Below, one piece after another: positions 60,429-64,000 of a DNA stretch of 64,000 nucleotides. The notes below the pieces were generated by a model, which searched no databases, was not told the origin of the DNA, and worked only from the letters and a program-made list of their open reading frames with translations. The stretch lies in contig OY764155.1 of assembly GCA_963668275.2 (NCBI GenBank), positions 224,642 through 288,641 of the forward strand, given 5' to 3'. How positions within the stretch are numbered: position 1 is the stretch's first letter; each line of letters opens with the position of its first letter. The translations under genes and the position numbers were made by a program. The stretch is from Dehalococcoidia bacterium. GTDB taxonomy: Bacteria > Chloroflexota > Dehalococcoidia > Lucifugimonadales > UBA1123.

Positions 60429-62411
60429 TTGTGGGTGAACGCCATTGGAGACAGATTAGCTCGCTACCGGCATATCGGCGCGTTCGCGCCGGTAGTGGCG
60501 CTCGCGGCGTTCCTGCGGCTGTACGACCTGGGGCAAGGTCATCCAGGGCTGGCGATATATACTTCAATATCCTCGCACGCCTATAAGTCGTTCCATAACT
60601 GGCTGTACCCGAATATGTTCGCGGACGGCTCGATACTCGCGGACAAGCCGCCGCTGTTCTTCTGGTACCAGGGGTTGTTCATCGCGCTGCTCGGCCCTTC
60701 CAATGTCGCGTTCAGGCTGCCCGTCGCGCTGGCGAGTATATGCTCAGTAATACTGCTGTACGTCATAGTCAGGCGGACGGCGGGGAATACGCCCGCGCTC
60801 ATCGCGGCCGCCGCGCTCGCTATCATGCCGCTGGACGTGAACTACGCGCGCTCGACGTTCATCGAGCCGGTCACGACGGTCACGCTTCTGCTGACAGCGT
60901 ACTTCGTGGTGAGGGCGGCGCAGGAAAGGCGGGAAGGGTTCTACTACGTCGCGGCGTTCGCGCTGGGGCTGGCTTGGATGGTGAAGCTGTGGCAGGGGAT
61001 GCTGCCCGCGCCGGCGTTCGCGCTTATCGCGCTGATGTATCGCTGGCAGCCGTGGGGCGCATTCATGCGGACGGGCGCGATAGGCGCGGGGATATTCCTG
61101 GCGACGGCGTTCTGGTGGCCGGTGGTGGTGTGGCTCACGCCCTGGGCTTATGACTCGGTGATGCACGCGGAGAGCGTTTGGGACATGATATTCGGGTGGA
61201 ACCTGCGGGAGCGGTTGGGGGATCTGGAGTACGGAGCGAGGCACAGGCAGGATATTCTGTGGTTCGTTACAGGGCCGATGGCTCCCTATTTTGGCGTGTC
61301 GCTGTTTCCGGCTGCGGCTGTTGGAGTCGTGGCGGTGATGGTCGCGCTGTGGCGTCGGGGCGTGACGTACGTCGCGGGGCTTAGGCCAGTGGTCGCGCTG
61401 CGCGAGTCGAGGGTGTGGGCGTACCTGTCTTTCTACACGGACGAAACCGAGACGCGGATGAGTTCACGGGACACTGAGGACGCCGCCGACTCCGTATCTC
61501 GGGTTACGGAGATGGGGATACTGTGGGTCCTGTGGCTAGGGCTGGCGGTCGCGGCGTTCGGGGGGGCGAACATCAGGCTCATCACTTACTGGGTGGCCGC
61601 GACTCCCGCCGTGGCCGCGCTGACGGGGATCGGTGTCGTGTCGGTGGCGGCGCTGCTCAAGAGAGGCGGGCTGGCGCGGTGGGCGGCGTACTTGGCGGTT
61701 CTGGCGGGGGCGTTCTATTGCGCGCTGGTGTATGGGAGGGTGAGCCACCTGTTCGGGATCAACGCGGCGTTGGCGGCGGCGATTGGGATAGCGGTCATCG
61801 CGGGCGGCGTATTGCTGTATTTCCAGTGGCGTCCGTTTGGGAGGAACTTGGCTGCGGCTGTCGCGGTGACCACGATGGCAGTTCTGACGCTGCTGACGTC
61901 GGCGGTCACGCTCAACAACCTGTTCAACCCGAGGGACGACACGCTGGGCAGAATCGGGTTCGACATGGTACCGGAGCGCAGGCCGCCGCGCTCCGAACCG
62001 TCTGCCAGAGAACGCGAACTCCAGCGGCAGGGGGGCATGATAACCGCGATTGTGCGGGTGGAGCTTGAAGAACTGGACGCCGCGCTGGAGTATGTTCGCC
62101 AGCGCAGGAGAGACAGCCGCTACTTTCTGGCGACCGATTCGTACAACACGGGCGCGTTCGTCTCGATGCGGACGGGCGAGGCGGTTCTGCCTCTGTATTC
62201 GGAGTACCGGCTGGAGAAACTGGTGGATCGCGTCGAGTTGAAGCGGATGATAGAGGACGGGGATATTCCGTTCTTCCTGACGGTGAGCTATCTGTCGGAG
62301 ATGGATTTCCTGCTGTATGCGCGGATAGAGGCGAGCGGGCGGGATGTGACGGCGCAGGCGGGGCTTCCGGCGAGGGGGGAGTACAGATTGTTCGAGGTGA
62401 GCGGGCGGTAG
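60429..62411 (+). CDS. GT39/ArnT-like glycosyltransferase (polytopic)
   Basis: 660 aa; ADKPPLFFWYQGLF loop motif and many TM helices. Confidence 0.82.
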   Translation: MWVNAIGDRLARYRHIGAFAPVVALAAFLRLYDLGQGHPGLAIYTSISSHAYKSFHNWLYPNMFADGSILADKPPLFFWYQGLFIALLGPSNVAFRLPVALASICSVILLYVIVRRTAGNTPALIAAAALAIMPLDVNYARSTFIEPVTTVTLLLTAYFVVRAAQERREGFYYVAAFALGLAWMVKLWQGMLPAPAFALIALMYRWQPWGAFMRTGAIGAGIFLATAFWWPVVVWLTPWAYDSVMHAESVWDMIFGWNLRERLGDLEYGARHRQDILWFVTGPMAPYFGVSLFPAAAVGVVAVMVALWRRGVTYVAGLRPVVALRESRVWAYLSFYTDETETRMSSRDTEDAADSVSRVTEMGILWVLWLGLAVAAFGGANIRLITYWVAATPAVAALTGIGVVSVAALLKRGGLARWAAYLAVLAGAFYCALVYGRVSHLFGINAALAAAIGIAVIAGGVLLYFQWRPFGRNLAAAVAVTTMAVLTLLTSAVTLNNLFNPRDDTLGRIGFDMVPERRPPRSEPSARERELQRQGGMITAIVRVELEELDAALEYVRQRRRDSRYFLATDSYNTGAFVSMRTGEAVLPLYSEYRLEKLVDRVELKRMIEDGDIPFFLTVSYLSEMDFLLYARIEASGRDVTAQAGLPARGEYRLFEVSGR

Positions 62412-62527
62412 GGGAGGTTAGTCAGGGTGGCGGGGGAAGTTCCCAGTCTGCCAGATGGTAACCATTAGCAAGGGCGCCCACAAGGGACGTCCCTACGGAG
62501 ATTTGATTCGCGGGCGTGGCCGGGGAG

Positions 62528-62887
62528 TTAGCGCGGCGCGATGCTGCCAGCGAAACTGCCGCCGTCCGATGTCGTCGTCGCATCGCCATTGACTGACTTG
62601 GATTGATCGCGTTTTGCCAGAACCGCGTCCACAAAGGGCTTGAGCGCCGCTTCGGCTCCGTCAATCATTACGCCGACCACCTCGTTGGGGTTCTCCTTGC
62701 CGTAGAAGACGGTTACATCCTGCGCTATCTCTTCGCCCTCGACGAACGGCTTGTCGGTCTGTATGAACAACGTGTCAGAAGCCAGATACGACACGTTCGC
62801 CGATTGCAAGGATTCCATCTCAGGATGGTTCGCTACTGATTCTGCCACGGTCTTCCTCCGTATTTCTTTTGAATTGTATGATACCAT
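62528..62887 (-). CDS. hypothetical protein (possibly DUF2283-like)
   Basis: 119-aa ORF with SD-like GGAGG upstream. Weak similarity only. Confidence 0.4.
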   Translation of the reverse strand: MVSYNSKEIRRKTVAESVANHPEMESLQSANVSYLASDTLFIQTDKPFVEGEEIAQDVTVFYGKENPNEVVGVMIDGAEAALKPFVDAVLAKRDQSKSVNGDATTTSDGGSFAGSIAPR

Positions 62888-62933
62888 TATGCTTTAAGCT
62901 CACCATATCCCTAGCCCCCCGGAGCGTGAGAAG

Positions 62934-63890
62934 ATGAAAAGGTTGCTTGGCCTTCTGATGGTTTTGATGATTGCGCTGGCATTGACGCTTGGACCGAACA
63001 GCGCGACTTTCGGCGACGATGGCGGCGCGTCAACGTCAACGGAAGGTACGCTGAATCCGCGCGGGTCGGCGGGGGCCGAGGAGGATGACGGCGACGGAGA
63101 TGATGAGGGTGACAGCCCTGACACTGACGACGATGGGTTAACGGCCACCGCGACGAATACGGCGACCGGAGATATGACGGCGACCGCCACGGCTACGGAC
63201 ACGGAAGATTCGCTGTCGGACACGGATTATACCGACGATGAAGTCAACACAGACAACGACGGCTATGATACCGACACCAACACGGATCATGACGGAACGG
63301 ACAGTGACGGGGTTGACACGCCTTACACGGACTATGACGGCTTCGATACGCCGTCCACAGACTACGACGGTGTTGACACCCCGCTTACCGACAACGACGG
63401 CGTTGATACTCCCTTGACCACCGATAACGATGGCGTAGCCACGCCTTACACCGATTACGACGGCATTGACACTCCCGCTACGGACAACGACGGGTATGAC
63501 ACTGACGCCAACACGGATCACGACGGGACGGATAGCGATGGGATTGATACCCCGACGCCTACGGACAACGATGGAACAGACAGCGACGGCATAGACACGA
63601 CCGGACAGCTGACGTCCAACGACGGCACGGACAGCGACGGCGTTGATACACCCGCCGCCGCCGCAGCCAATCAGCCGCCTCTGACTGATAACGACGGCAC
63701 GGACTCCGATGGTATAGACACGACCGGACAGTTGATGTCCAACGACGGCACGGACAGCGATGGGATAGATACGCCGACGCCGACCGATAACGACGGCACG
63801 GACTCCGATGGTATAGACACGACCGGGCTGCGGGCGACGGACACCGTCAGCAGCGCTGACAGCGACGATAGCGGTTCCGACAGCGACTAG
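62934..63890 (+). CDS. secreted Asp/Thr-rich repeat protein (TSP3-like DxDGxD calcium-binding-type repeats)
   Basis: Signal peptide MKRLLGLLMVLMIALALTLG, then more than 15 units of DNDGTDSDGIDT / TDYDGVDTP. Confidence 0.7.
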   Translation: MKRLLGLLMVLMIALALTLGPNSATFGDDGGASTSTEGTLNPRGSAGAEEDDGDGDDEGDSPDTDDDGLTATATNTATGDMTATATATDTEDSLSDTDYTDDEVNTDNDGYDTDTNTDHDGTDSDGVDTPYTDYDGFDTPSTDYDGVDTPLTDNDGVDTPLTTDNDGVATPYTDYDGIDTPATDNDGYDTDANTDHDGTDSDGIDTPTPTDNDGTDSDGIDTTGQLTSNDGTDSDGVDTPAAAAANQPPLTDNDGTDSDGIDTTGQLMSNDGTDSDGIDTPTPTDNDGTDSDGIDTTGLRATDTVSSADSDDSGSDSD

Positions 63891-63895
63891 GCGCT

Positions 63896-64000
63896 ATGTC
63901 GGAGTCGCCTGCCGCCATACCGATATACCCGGAGGTTAGTTTCGAGGACCGCGATCTGCGCGGCATAGCCAACCTGTTCATAGGCGAGTGGGTCTGGCAG
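63896..64000 (+). CDS. hypothetical protein, N-terminal fragment (continues beyond window)
   Basis: An ATG at 63896 opens MSESPAAIPIYPEVSFEDRDLRGIANLFIGEWVWQ, running to the window end. Confidence 0.3.
   Translation, partial: MSESPAAIPIYPEVSFEDRDLRGIANLFIGEWVWQ

Overview
This is a high-GC bacterial chromosomal window. The gene content (several LLM/F420-type oxidoreductases, family III CoA-transferases, DinB/MBL genes, dense REP-like hairpins) is reminiscent of Chloroflexota such as SAR202, but that is inference only. The core backbone holds the distal ribosomal-protein/rpoA cluster (map-infA-rpmJ-rpsM-rpsK-[membrane gene]-rpsD-rpoA-rplQ-truA-rplM-rpsI), prfA-prmC, dnaE and ogt. It also holds a five-tRNA cluster, ssrA (tmRNA), an AapJQMP-like amino-acid ABC transporter, two paralogous MoxR-DUF58-(transglutaminase/DUF4129) operons, and assorted metabolic genes. 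Accessory content sits between these blocks. (1) A ThsB-like TIR gene is coupled to a small 3-TM protein next to a VapBC module; this is my best candidate for an undescribed defence-type system. (2) Two copies of a TIR-bounded, TSD-flanked non-autonomous element lie in opposite orientation. They differ exactly by a nested 137-bp MITE plus its 3-bp TSD. (3) A roughly 250-nt conserved non-coding hairpin module occurs four times. (4) A three-member family of small 2-TM proteins is present. One member sits between 93-bp direct repeats of the 3' end of an SCP2-like gene, next to a free-standing GIY-YIG nuclease. (5) A tandem pair of ferritin-like genes (one with a complete diiron ligand set, one degenerate) is followed by an SCP2-like gene. 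(6) A decayed toxin-antitoxin islet contains a frameshifted minimal nucleotidyltransferase paired with an XRE-HTH protein and a 24-bp tandem-repeat glycine-rich ORF. (7) At least eight copies of a 40-bp REP-like hairpin family occur. All calls come from reading the translations and the sequence by eye. No database search was run, and domain names are from recalled family signatures.
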